NCBI GenBank assembly: GCA_963664875.1
Contig: OY761611.1
Span: 1,056,001-1,120,000, forward strand
Direction: 5' to 3'
Origin: Candidatus Kapaibacterium sp.
GTDB taxonomy: Bacteria > Bacteroidota > Ignavibacteria > Kapaibacteriales > UBA2268
DNA length: 64,000 nucleotides
Below the pieces are notes generated by a model. The model ran no database searches, was not told where the DNA came from, and saw nothing but the letters and a program-made list of their open reading frames with translations. The translations under genes and the position numbers were made by a program. This document shows, in pieces, positions 41,294 to 50,974 of this stretch (within the stretch, counting starts at the first letter, position 1; each line of letters opens with the position of its first letter).

Positions 41294-42223
41294 CTACTTT
41301 TCTTCCCGGACTAATCTGTGTATCTCAATTTTTCTATTCACTGTTTCAATACCAGTTTCGTCAGTTTTTATAGTAACATTTTCTATACTCATATAAGTTG
41401 CGATTCCTGTATCTGCATCTATCAAAAATTCTTTGTTAATAGTAAGAGAAACTTGTTTGATATTAGAGGCTAAAGTTTCTTTACCTATTTCTTTTTCATA
41501 TTTTTGGATGGCTTCAATGTAGGTTTCAGAAGATGCTTTTTCTGCTACATTTATTCTGTAAAGATCTTTTCCGCTTCTTCGTTTATCTGATAGTTTTGTT
41601 ATCATAACATTTTGTGATGTAGGTATTTGACCTGCCAAAGGCAAGGTGTAATTAGCATCAAGAGTAAGAGGTTTATCAACATCTGAACCATTATAAATTG
41701 CATGGTTCGTCAAATCAAAAGAATTTTGCACTTTTGTTAAAAATCTATCTTTTGTGTACAGTAATTTCGAGATAGAGTCAATCGAATTGAGTGCTTTTTC
41801 CTTTACTTCACCTTCCGTCATTTCAGCAATCATTTTAATAGGCTCTACAAAATCGTTAAACATCTTTTCGTATATTTCATTTTTATTTTGAATACTCAAG
41901 ATTTTGCCATACAAATCTGTAGTAATAACCACTTTTAGAGATGTAACCTTCATTTTTTTAGCTATCTCATTTGGCTCTTCAATATAAATTAAGGTAAAAC
42001 CATTCTCATCTTTTTCTACAACCTCAACATGATGTTGTGTCTTTGTAGTATCATCTAAAAATATATCTCCATCGTAGTATTGCTCTGAAATAGTCATGAC
42101 CTCATAACTATACTTAGCACCTTTTTCCAAATTGATTTTGACATCATACTTCTCAGCTTGGAGTTCTAATGATATAAAAGTAAATAGTAAAATTAGCCCA
42201 AAGAGTCTAAATAGTTTCATCAT
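41294..42223 (-). CDS. Exported hypothetical protein
   Basis: Signal peptide LQA-E, NLEKGAKYSY N-terminal pattern, 309-aa ORF. Confidence 0.7.
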   Translation of the reverse strand: MMKLFRLFGLILLFTFISLELQAEKYDVKINLEKGAKYSYEVMTISEQYYDGDIFLDDTTKTQHHVEVVEKDENGFTLIYIEEPNEIAKKMKVTSLKVVITTDLYGKILSIQNKNEIYEKMFNDFVEPIKMIAEMTEGEVKEKALNSIDSISKLLYTKDRFLTKVQNSFDLTNHAIYNGSDVDKPLTLDANYTLPLAGQIPTSQNVMITKLSDKRRSGKDLYRINVAEKASSETYIEAIQKYEKEIGKETLASNIKQVSLTINKEFLIDADTGIATYMSIENVTIKTDETGIETVNRKIEIHRLVREEK

Positions 42224-42292
42224 ACACCTGATTACATAATGGTTAACTCTGTAATAATAAGACGCAATATACAGACTTAATTTGTAATAAAT

Positions 42293-42331
42293 AAAAAAAA
42301 AGCCCCTTCAAATGTCAAATCTGAAGAGGCT
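42293..42331 (-). terminator. Terminator after dsbD
   Basis: A9-GCCCCTTCA...TGAAGAGGCT hairpin. Confidence 0.75.
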
Positions 42332-42353
42332 GGGTAATTTATCAAGAGAACTC

Positions 42354-44321
42354 TTATTTTACAGCATTAAGCCCTTTATCTAAGAATTCTAAGAATTGTG
42401 CTTCGTCTCTAGTGAAACTATTGGAAGCAATAAACTCACCATCAGGTGTTAACAAAACATATAATGGGAGCTCGATAGAACCAAATCTTTCCAGTTGCAT
42501 TTTTTGATTAGAAATATATGGTTCTTTTTTACGATCTGTAAATAATTTTACTCTGACCATTTGTTCCATTTTTTCTAGTATCGCAGGTTTTGGAAACATC
42601 TTAGTTTCCATATAGCGACAGTTAGTACAAGTAAATCCTGTAAAATCTATAAAAAGTATTTTATTCTCTTTTTTAGCTAGATCTAAGCCTTCTTGGTAGT
42701 TTTTAAGCCATCCTTGCATAGCTCGGTCTTTCATAGCTTTATCACCACCACCCATAGTAGAACCTCCTATAACAACAGCATCACCGGTGCCGTCTCCCAT
42801 CATTTCTGAGTAATTCGGAGGTGGGATAAAGGCATCCAACTCTCCTAATGAACCACCACTAAGCCCTGAAAATAGGAAGATCGTAATTGCCAGGAAAACA
42901 GTTGCAAAAGTTATTCTCATCGGACCAACACCATTGATAGGTGCATCATGTGCTAATTTAAATTTACCTAAAATGTATAATACAATCATGATTGTGCACG
43001 CTATCCATATTGCAAGGAAAATAACAGGAGGCATAATTCCCCAATTCCAGACTAAGTCTGCATTAGAAATAAATTTGATTGCCGCCGCTATTTCTAAAAA
43101 ACCCATAACAACTTTTACGTTGTTCATCCATCCACCTGCTTTAGGCATCTTCTGCATAAAAGTAGGAAATAAAGCTAATAAGAAAAATGGAGCTGCAAAA
43201 ACACCTGAAAAGGCTAACATGCCTATAATAGGATAAAACCATTCTCCATTTGCTGTTGAAACAAGAGTTGTTCCGACAAATGGTACTGTACATGTAAAAG
43301 ATGTTAGAGAGAATGTTAAACCCATCAATAATACACTTACTATACCTGAACCTTGGCTCTTAGTATTTAATTTATTCATCAGCCCTGTAGGCACTTGAAT
43401 CTCAAAAGCACCAAACAAGTTAAAAGCAAAAACAATAAATAGAGCTGCAATAAACATATTTACCCAGCCATTAGTCGCAAAGTTACTAATTCCAGAAGCA
43501 CCATAAATTAGAGCTAAGATCATACCAAGAGCAGTAAAGGTTGCCATGATACCAATCGCATACAAAGAGGCATCTCTAACGCCTTTACCTTTTTCCTGCT
43601 CAGCTCTTTTTGTAAAGAATGAAACAGTAATAGGAATCATTGGAAACACACAAGGAGTCAAAAGAGCTAACGCACCTGCACCCATAGCAAACCATAGGAA
43701 TGACATCACACCTTTTTTCTTAACTTCTTCGATTTCTGAAGTAGCATCAGTTTGGAATGCTTTATCTTCTTTCTTTTCTACCTTATCTTCTTTAGGTTCA
43801 GGAAGAGTAGAAGATACTGCTTCATCTGTATATTCAATAGGAACTTCAAATTCTGTCGGAGGCAGACATCTTGAGGTGTCGCATTGCTGAAGATAGACAA
43901 GCACCTTTTCTTTACCTGATTCCAAAGTAAAATCTTGTTTTGCTTTAGCTACCAAAATAAAGACAGCATCATGCTTATAGACTTCTATATTCATCTCAAA
44001 GCCTTCGTCAAATTTTGTTACCGGCTTTTGTGCAACAATAGATTCAGGTGAAAACTCGAACAAATCTGTGTTTTTCATTGTAATTTCGGTAGCAGTAGGC
44101 CCGATACCTTCATCATTCAATTGCATTTTCATACTGTAAGTGTACCAGTGCTCTTTAATATCAAAGCTAAGTCTGATAATAAAAGTTTCGCCTGCTTTCA
44201 GTTCTTTTGCATTTGTAATGGCTTTGAAATTGATATTTTTATTGTCATCCTGCCCATACGATGAATTAAGCAGAAGTACAAAGGCTGCTAAAAAAAGCAT
44301 TAAGCCAAATCGTTTCAGCAT
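42354..44321 (-). CDS. dsbD: Thiol:disulfide interchange protein DsbD
   Basis: N-domain CDTSRCLPP, TM domain LTPCVFPMIPITV and SFTCTVP, thioredoxin DFTGFTCTNCR. Confidence 0.93.
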   Translation of the reverse strand: MLKRFGLMLFLAAFVLLLNSSYGQDDNKNINFKAITNAKELKAGETFIIRLSFDIKEHWYTYSMKMQLNDEGIGPTATEITMKNTDLFEFSPESIVAQKPVTKFDEGFEMNIEVYKHDAVFILVAKAKQDFTLESGKEKVLVYLQQCDTSRCLPPTEFEVPIEYTDEAVSSTLPEPKEDKVEKKEDKAFQTDATSEIEEVKKKGVMSFLWFAMGAGALALLTPCVFPMIPITVSFFTKRAEQEKGKGVRDASLYAIGIMATFTALGMILALIYGASGISNFATNGWVNMFIAALFIVFAFNLFGAFEIQVPTGLMNKLNTKSQGSGIVSVLLMGLTFSLTSFTCTVPFVGTTLVSTANGEWFYPIIGMLAFSGVFAAPFFLLALFPTFMQKMPKAGGWMNNVKVVMGFLEIAAAIKFISNADLVWNWGIMPPVIFLAIWIACTIMIVLYILGKFKLAHDAPINGVGPMRITFATVFLAITIFLFSGLSGGSLGELDAFIPPPNYSEMMGDGTGDAVVIGGSTMGGGDKAMKDRAMQGWLKNYQEGLDLAKKENKILFIDFTGFTCTNCRYMETKMFPKPAILEKMEQMVRVKLFTDRKKEPYISNQKMQLERFGSIELPLYVLLTPDGEFIASNSFTRDEAQFLEFLDKGLNAVK

Positions 44322-44514
44322 AGTAAAAGCACCTTTTGTTAATTTTTATTTATTGCAATACTTTATTTTCTACTAAATTAAACAAATATCCATAATAAGC
44401 TACATGTTTTATGTCAAAAATCTTATTACTTGATATTTTTAAATAGCAATTCATACTGTATTTTGCTTGCTAAATTTAGTTCACAAGAACATCATAAGAA
44501 TATGCAAAGGTTGC

Positions 44515-45534
44515 TTATTCCCTATCCCCTTGGAAGTAGTTGATTATCCTTCGGTCATTGAATCCTCTGCCCATAGTCGATTTTTGTCTTATAGTTTCCG
44601 ATAGCCTTTCAGAAAATACATTTGCAGAGTTATATCCATAAGTCCGAAGAAGATAGTTAAGTGCAATAACCTCAGCAATAACTGTAATATTCTTGCCCGG
44701 GAATATTGGTAATTTAATAGTTTCCAAATCAATTCCCAAAACATTTGTCGTAACTTCATCTAATCCTGTTCTTGTGTAATCGCTGGCATTAGTATAATCT
44801 TCCAGCTCAACTATTATTTCCAAACGCTTTTGGAAACGTATAGATCGAATCCCAAATATCTGCCTTATGTCAATCATGCCTAAGCCACGAAACTCCATAA
44901 AATGCTGCACAAGTGAAGTCCCGGTGCCCATAAGGATGCTCCCTCGCTTTTTAGTAAGCATGACTATATCATCAGCTACTAACCTATGCCCTCTTTCAAT
45001 CAAATCTAATGCAATTTCGCTTTTGCCAATTCCGCTTCTTCCTACAAATAGAATCCCGACTCCATAAACATCAACAAAGGAGCCATGGATAACTACCTGC
45101 AATGCAAACTGATCATCTAAATAATCAGAAAGCAGATAAGAAGTCTTCGTCGTATCAAATGAAGTGCGAAAAACTGCTATATTGTTTTGAGTCGCTATGT
45201 CGAGAAGCTCCTGATCTATCCTATTGTTATTTGTGATAATGATGCAGGGAATCGGAAACGTGCAAATACCATTGAACGCTTTGATTCTTTGTTCCAATGG
45301 CATATCTTCGAGGTAATACATTTCAGTGTTACCAAAAATTTGAATTCTTTTATAAGTAAACAAACCCACATAACCGGAAAGAGCCAACTGAGGTCTGTAC
45401 AAATTTTTATCATAAATTAGATTATCGAGACCTACCGGCTCATTCAGATGAACTAATTCGCAGGGTGAGCCAAGCAGAGTATCTACTTTTATTTCATTAG
45501 GCGTAAGAGGTTGCAGATTTTTTAGCTGATCCAT
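44515..45534 (-). CDS. hprK: HPr(Ser) kinase/phosphorylase
   Basis: HGSFVDVYGVG, Walker A GRSGIGKSE, GHRLVADD, MEFRGLG. Confidence 0.96.
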   Translation of the reverse strand: MDQLKNLQPLTPNEIKVDTLLGSPCELVHLNEPVGLDNLIYDKNLYRPQLALSGYVGLFTYKRIQIFGNTEMYYLEDMPLEQRIKAFNGICTFPIPCIIITNNNRIDQELLDIATQNNIAVFRTSFDTTKTSYLLSDYLDDQFALQVVIHGSFVDVYGVGILFVGRSGIGKSEIALDLIERGHRLVADDIVMLTKKRGSILMGTGTSLVQHFMEFRGLGMIDIRQIFGIRSIRFQKRLEIIVELEDYTNASDYTRTGLDEVTTNVLGIDLETIKLPIFPGKNITVIAEVIALNYLLRTYGYNSANVFSERLSETIRQKSTMGRGFNDRRIINYFQGDRE

Positions 45535-45560
45535 AATGTTTTACACTCTAAATAATAAAG

Positions 45561-45586
45561 AAAAAAGGTCGGCATAGCCGACCTTC
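45561..45586 (-). terminator. Terminator after hpf
   Basis: AAAAAAGGTCGGC-ata-GCCGACCTT. Confidence 0.8.
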
Positions 45587-45607
45587 TTAAAATAAACAAA
45601 AAAAAGA

Positions 45608-45895
45608 TTATTTATGTGAATTCTTTGTTTTCCATTTTCTGATTTGCATTTTTACCTTATCAGAAGCTAAGTTTAAACTCTTATGAAAATCATCGCTTTG
45701 CTCTCTTGCGACTATTGTATCTCCCTGCAGATTCAACGTAAATTGTACTATTTTGTCCTGCTCGTTTATAAAATCAATACTTGCCGAAAGTATCCCATCA
45801 TGGAACTTCTCAAAACTTTTTACAGAATCCAAAGCTGCCTGATGTAATTTTGGATGTTGCCCGCTAAAATGTCGGAATGTTACGTTAGTCTGCAT
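45608..45895 (-). CDS. hpf: Ribosome hibernation promoting factor (short HPF/RaiA)
   Basis: MQTNVTFRH start (ATG 45895, GAGGTG SD), ARE.SDDFHKSL..ASDK...QIRKWK, ~95 aa, adjacent to hprK. Confidence 0.8.
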   Translation of the reverse strand: MQTNVTFRHFSGQHPKLHQAALDSVKSFEKFHDGILSASIDFINEQDKIVQFTLNLQGDTIVAREQSDDFHKSLNLASDKVKMQIRKWKTKNSHK

Positions 45896-45989
45896 ATTCA
45901 CCTCGTCCAATAACAAATTTCAAAAATAATTCTGTTAATTTCAGGATAAATCAGTAATTATCCACCAACGAATAGCTTATTGATAGTTA

Positions 45990-46796
45990 TTAGTTCTTAT
46001 TAGCTGTGAAGAATTTCTCGCTCAAATTAAATGATACAAGCATAGATAAATTTAAAGAACCCGGGGTAACATTGTACCCCTTACCTAAATCAACGGGCAA
46101 ACTAAAATTTTGTTGCGGTACTTTTTCAAATATTTTTGAAGAACTATAGTTCAGAGTATATGAAAGCTCGAAACAGATAGAACCTAAGAATGAATAATCA
46201 AGGGTTTCGTCAAATGCAAGTTCCACTCCTGTGTGAAATTTTAAAGAAGGAATTGTCTCCGACTTTTCAAAATGAGCTCCTCCTTTATAAAGATCTAAAC
46301 GAGTATTGGTATTTGCATATTCTGTCCATCTTATAGTGGAGCTCACAAAACCAATCCCAACACCAAAATATGATTTGTACGCCCTTTGGAACGGCACATA
46401 ATCACATACGAAGTAGATAGGTAAGTTCTGTATTTCAATTTCCTGCACTAATTCCCTTTCAAACACTCCCGTAGCCAATGGCACTTCTACTATATATTTG
46501 TCGTTATATTTCAGATTGTAATATGCCAAATCGAATCCGATTCTGAAATCTCCGAAGGGTTTGAGTTTAAACATCAATTGAAGCATAGTTGAGCCATCGA
46601 GCGTATTTTCTTTGCCACCGAGATATTTATTGAAATCATCAAAAAACTCATTAGAATTGATCACAAAAGGATATCCTATGCCAAGATAGAGTTGATGATA
46701 CCTATGCTGGTCATCTTCTTTTTTGGGAGTTAAATCAGTTGAATAAACTTCTATAATCGATAAACAAAGCAACACACCAATTAGCCATATCTTCAT
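45990..46796 (-). CDS. Hypothetical outer-membrane beta-barrel protein
   Basis: Signal peptide, amphipathic strands LPIYF..DY, YFGVGIG, FHTGVEL, LVSFNL. Confidence 0.6.
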   Translation of the reverse strand: MKIWLIGVLLCLSIIEVYSTDLTPKKEDDQHRYHQLYLGIGYPFVINSNEFFDDFNKYLGGKENTLDGSTMLQLMFKLKPFGDFRIGFDLAYYNLKYNDKYIVEVPLATGVFERELVQEIEIQNLPIYFVCDYVPFQRAYKSYFGVGIGFVSSTIRWTEYANTNTRLDLYKGGAHFEKSETIPSLKFHTGVELAFDETLDYSFLGSICFELSYTLNYSSSKIFEKVPQQNFSLPVDLGKGYNVTPGSLNLSMLVSFNLSEKFFTANKN

Positions 46797-46797
46797 A

Positions 46798-47637
46798 TTA
46801 GAATCCGTACCATCTGATTAATTCGGAAATTGTATTTTTCAGGTCTTTTCTGTGTACTATCATGTCGAGAAATCCATGTTCCAATAGGAATTCTGATTTT
46901 TGGAACCCCTGAGGCAGTTTTTTTCTGATAGTTTGCTCTATGACTCGCGGTCCTGCAAAACCAATCAAAGCACCCGGCTCAGCAATATTAACATCTCCCA
47001 ACATAGCATAAGAAGCACTCACACCACCGGTAGTCGGATCTGTCAGAAATGAAATGTAAGGTATATTATTTTCTGCCAGCTCGCCCAGAATTGCACTGGT
47101 TTTTGCCATTTGCATCAAAGAGTAAGCAGCTTCCTGCATCCTTGCCCCGCCGGAAGCAGAGAGCACCAATAACGGCATTTTGTGTTCCAAAGAGTATTTG
47201 GCTGCTCTATATATCTTTTCTCCTGCTACTGAACCCAAAGAACCACCTATGTAATTAAAATTCATAAGTGCAACAGATAAGTTTCTGCCATTGACCAAAC
47301 CGTAGCCTGAAGTTACAGAATCATTCAAACCTGACTTCCTGTCTCCTTCTTCTATTCTTTGGGGATAGGGTTTTGTATCTTCAAATTGAAGAGGATCAGC
47401 AGATTTGATTTCTGTATTAGTCTCGCAGAAAGTACCTTTGTCAAAAATAATATCAATATAGTCTTTAGTTCCAATGCGGAAATGATTGCCACATTTGAAG
47501 CAGGTGTATAGTTCATCTTCCAATTGGTCTTTATATATTACCTCTTTGCAGGAAGAGCACTTAGTCCATAATCCATTAGGCATTTCTTTAGATTTTTGAT
47601 TCTCTATGTTCTGTTTAGTTCTAAGAAACCAAGCCAT
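46798..47637 (-). CDS. accD: Acetyl-CoA carboxylase carboxyltransferase beta subunit
   Basis: GLWTKCSSC...CFKC zinc finger, GGSLG, SGGARMQE, PTTGGVSAS, GFAGPRVI. Confidence 0.97.
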   Translation of the reverse strand: MAWFLRTKQNIENQKSKEMPNGLWTKCSSCKEVIYKDQLEDELYTCFKCGNHFRIGTKDYIDIIFDKGTFCETNTEIKSADPLQFEDTKPYPQRIEEGDRKSGLNDSVTSGYGLVNGRNLSVALMNFNYIGGSLGSVAGEKIYRAAKYSLEHKMPLLVLSASGGARMQEAAYSLMQMAKTSAILGELAENNIPYISFLTDPTTGGVSASYAMLGDVNIAEPGALIGFAGPRVIEQTIRKKLPQGFQKSEFLLEHGFLDMIVHRKDLKNTISELIRWYGF

Positions 47638-47726
47638 TATATTTCGTATCCTATGTTATCAGAATAAATCTTTTAAACGCTTAATCTATACAAATCTTTT
47701 ATACTATACAATTACTTGTTAAAAAC

Positions 47727-49205
47727 TTATAAAGTTTCAAAAAACTTTGATTTAATATCTTGATTAAGTCGTGCTGCATCACGCAAGTCTATATCAATTA
47801 TAGAAATATCGCCTGTTATCCCTGCAGCTGCGGTGTCCACATTTATCGTAGCCAAACCCAATCTTCGTTGAAATATTGTCTGATGTATCCTAAATGTCTG
47901 AATTTTTCTGATAGGTATCACTGTTAAGCTTTTGAACCAAACTCCTTGCTTGACTGCAAGTTTATCACCGGATATTATATAACCTCGATTCACAAAACGA
48001 AGATGTGCGTAATAATATAGTATCGGATAAAATAAAGCTATAACAAACATATAATAACCAAAGAAATAAACCAGCGAGGTTAGTACCACTGTATGGAAAA
48101 AGGCAAGTTTAATAAATGCCCTACGAACACTTAGCGGCGAAATCCCCTTTAGAGAATCAGGAAGTTGGAAGTCAAAAATATCTTCTATCAGCTTCAATAT
48201 TTTTTCTTTTTTTGAAAAGGGAACTACTGCTTCCGGTTTGACACTGTTTTCACCAAACCCGGCAGTTTGAATATCCAGAGAATAAAAATCGAAATATTTT
48301 TTTATTACGTTTGTCCTCAGAGTTAAAGATTGAAGCCGTTTAAGTGGTATAGTTCCTCTTTTTGTACTTGTAAATCCAAAAGAAGTATGCAATTTCCCTT
48401 TCGCAAGCCTCAAGCTAAATTTATAGTATCTGTTCACAGTTAGCACTATATCTGCAAGCCATGAAGTAACTATTACTGCAACAACAAGAACTGAAAGATA
48501 GAAAACAAGCTCAGTCCCGTTCAAACTCGCAAAAAAATCTATAATATGATCAAATTCTTCCGAGTCATTATTGAATAAAAAAGGTTGTGCAAAAGAATAA
48601 AGCCAAGACATAAATAGAAGGACAACAGGCCTGAACCTCAGCATCCCAAATCTCAACAACTCCCGATTCGAAAGTTTAAATATTTCGTCAGTTGTTTCTA
48701 CAGCATTTATTGATGCTGCCGGAACAACTTCTAACGTAGTTCCATCAATTATATCAATCGGTTCTTTGGAAATAATACTTTCTTTTTTTGCCTGAATATA
48801 ATCTTGAATGTTTAATGCTTCTTTGTAAGAAATGAACTGCAGTGCAGCCTCTGATGTTGCATCGCCGGCAGTTTCTAATTTGAGTTGAGTAATTCTTAGT
48901 ATCTTTTGAAGAAAGTTCTGTTCGATGTTGATATTTTGTATTTTAGACAGAGGTATCACTCTCTGCTTTTTTGCAAATATTCCTGATTTTATAGTAACTT
49001 CAGTTTCGTTAATCTCATACTTGAAAAAGTAATAATTGAGAACAGCCACAGGAATCACAAAAATCAGTGCAAAAAGACCTAAAATGAAAAACAATTTTTC
49101 TTCGTAGCGGCTTTGGTTGCTATAAATCAAATAAGCCGGAATCAGATAATTCGGGGCTCCAACTATCACTCGGTAAATTATAGTATTAGGATGAAGTCTT
49201 TTCAT
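47727..49205 (-). CDS. ydbT: YdbT-like membrane protein with three bacterial PH domains
   Basis: KRLHP, three IP..(K/R)(I/L)Q...TA(G/A) repeats, TM spans. Confidence 0.8.
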   Translation of the reverse strand: MKRLHPNTIIYRVIVGAPNYLIPAYLIYSNQSRYEEKLFFILGLFALIFVIPVAVLNYYFFKYEINETEVTIKSGIFAKKQRVIPLSKIQNINIEQNFLQKILRITQLKLETAGDATSEAALQFISYKEALNIQDYIQAKKESIISKEPIDIIDGTTLEVVPAASINAVETTDEIFKLSNRELLRFGMLRFRPVVLLFMSWLYSFAQPFLFNNDSEEFDHIIDFFASLNGTELVFYLSVLVVAVIVTSWLADIVLTVNRYYKFSLRLAKGKLHTSFGFTSTKRGTIPLKRLQSLTLRTNVIKKYFDFYSLDIQTAGFGENSVKPEAVVPFSKKEKILKLIEDIFDFQLPDSLKGISPLSVRRAFIKLAFFHTVVLTSLVYFFGYYMFVIALFYPILYYYAHLRFVNRGYIISGDKLAVKQGVWFKSLTVIPIRKIQTFRIHQTIFQRRLGLATINVDTAAAGITGDISIIDIDLRDAARLNQDIKSKFFETL

Positions 49206-49206
49206 A

Positions 49207-49677
49207 TTAGAACTCTTCTGTGCTAATTAAGTCTTTTAGACTATCACGCATATCCTCAGCATACTCCAAGGGCAAACCGGGAATTAAAATATCAGCTCCG
49301 CGAGAGCCGGCTGTGTATATAATCAGTTTTGCAAGACCATGCATCCTATCCAAAATGCTTTGTTGCACATCTATATGCTGAATCCTTACAAAAGGAGCTG
49401 TAGTAGTTACTCTTGTAAAGACTCCGTATTTTATCCTTATTTCATTGTCTTCTATTGCAAATCTCCAATATTTATATCTGTAGATAGGTATTATCACAGC
49501 CCAAGTGAGCCCAAATGCAAAAAGTAATGCACTTATCAGCCCAAATGGCACGTTCCAAACAATATTCGGAGAAATCAACAGCCATTCTACCACTAAAAAT
49601 GCAAGTGAATAAAACACATAACGCATAATTATATTTATTCGCCATATATTTTTGACTGCAGGGTCTAATTGATTCAT
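49207..49677 (-). CDS. ydbS: YdbS-like membrane protein with a bacterial PH domain
   Basis: Two TM spans, YKYWRF, PFVRIQHID, TAG, IPGL. Confidence 0.85.
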   Translation of the reverse strand: MNQLDPAVKNIWRINIIMRYVFYSLAFLVVEWLLISPNIVWNVPFGLISALLFAFGLTWAVIIPIYRYKYWRFAIEDNEIRIKYGVFTRVTTTAPFVRIQHIDVQQSILDRMHGLAKLIIYTAGSRGADILIPGLPLEYAEDMRDSLKDLISTEEF

Positions 49678-49681
49678 TGGC

Positions 49682-50803
49682 TTACTTCTTCTTTAAATAA
49701 ACATTTGATTGAGCAGAGACGTTCAGCAGGATTCCTATTGCAGCTGCATTAAAAAGCACAGCCGTTCCGCCATAGCTTATAAACGGCATAGGCACACCGG
49801 TTGTAGGCAGTAAACCTGTATTTACACCGGCATTAACAAACACATAAACTGCAAAAGTCAGCACGATGCCCGCTGATAAAAAGTAGCCAAAATTGTCAGG
49901 AGCATTTTTTGCAATTTTGAATCCTCTATAAAACACCCATGCAAAAACTAATAAAATTACAACCAAGCCTATGAAGCCGTATTCCTCTCCGATAATCGAG
50001 AAAATAAAATCCCCATAGGGCTCCGGCAAGAAATTGCTTTGGCGGTTCTGACCCGGGCCGAGACCAGTTAGTCCTCCGTTTCCAAGAGCAATAAGAGCCT
50101 GATCTAACTGATAGTTTTCGTTCTGAGCTGCTGATGTGGAATCATTCATTCCAAAAAACGACAATAGACGCTGCATCCTATAATCAGCCGAAACTGCATA
50201 AATTCCTGCAAAAACTAAACCTATTCCACCAGTGGTAATTATATGCAATACATTAGTATTTCCAATGAAAAGCATCATAAATGCGATAATAAAAATTACC
50301 ATCATTGTCGAAAAGTTTGGCTGCATTGCTATAAGAGCACAAGTTGCTCCTATCCAGACTAACAAAGGTACAAATCCTTTTTCTAAGTCTTTAATTACAG
50401 CCTGTTTTGCGTTTAGCATGGCTGCAAGGTTAATTACCAAAGCAAACTTTGCAAACTCTGCCGGTTGGATATTAAACAAGCCGAAATCTAACCATCTTGT
50501 AGCACCATTATAAGTTTTACCTATCACCAATACCAAAAAGAGCAATAACAATCCTAATAACATTGTCGGTTTTGCCCATTTTTCCCAATGGTGATAATCT
50601 ATCTTAGCAAAGGTTATCATAAAAAATATACCTAAGCCGATTCTAAGGATGTGTTTCCAAAGCAAGGTATCTGAAGCACCAAAATCTATTGCAGACTTTA
50701 CCGCACTTGCAGAATATACAAATGAACTGCTAAACAGCATTAATGCTGCGATAGGCAAAAGGACAAACCAGTCAATATGCCCCTTATTATTCAATTTATC
50801 CAT
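49682..50803 (-). CDS. ftsW: SEDS peptidoglycan polymerase FtsW
   Basis: VYSAS, NGATRW, IQPAEFAK, QPNFST, LPEPYGDFIF..IGEE, LPTTGVPMPFISYGGT. Follows murD. Confidence 0.92.
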   Translation of the reverse strand: MDKLNNKGHIDWFVLLPIAALMLFSSSFVYSASAVKSAIDFGASDTLLWKHILRIGLGIFFMITFAKIDYHHWEKWAKPTMLLGLLLLFLVLVIGKTYNGATRWLDFGLFNIQPAEFAKFALVINLAAMLNAKQAVIKDLEKGFVPLLVWIGATCALIAMQPNFSTMMVIFIIAFMMLFIGNTNVLHIITTGGIGLVFAGIYAVSADYRMQRLLSFFGMNDSTSAAQNENYQLDQALIALGNGGLTGLGPGQNRQSNFLPEPYGDFIFSIIGEEYGFIGLVVILLVFAWVFYRGFKIAKNAPDNFGYFLSAGIVLTFAVYVFVNAGVNTGLLPTTGVPMPFISYGGTAVLFNAAAIGILLNVSAQSNVYLKKK

Positions 50804-50974
50804 CTATTCTTCCCCCCTCAGGAATTTAGGATATTTGATATGTATTTTGTCTCAATAGCAAAGATAAAAAGACACTTGCGTTTATCAATCAAAATCTTTT
50901 ATAAACGCATATCTCTTTCCCTTACACTTCAATTTTTTGCATTTAATCTATTCAATATTGAGTTTATCTAACAT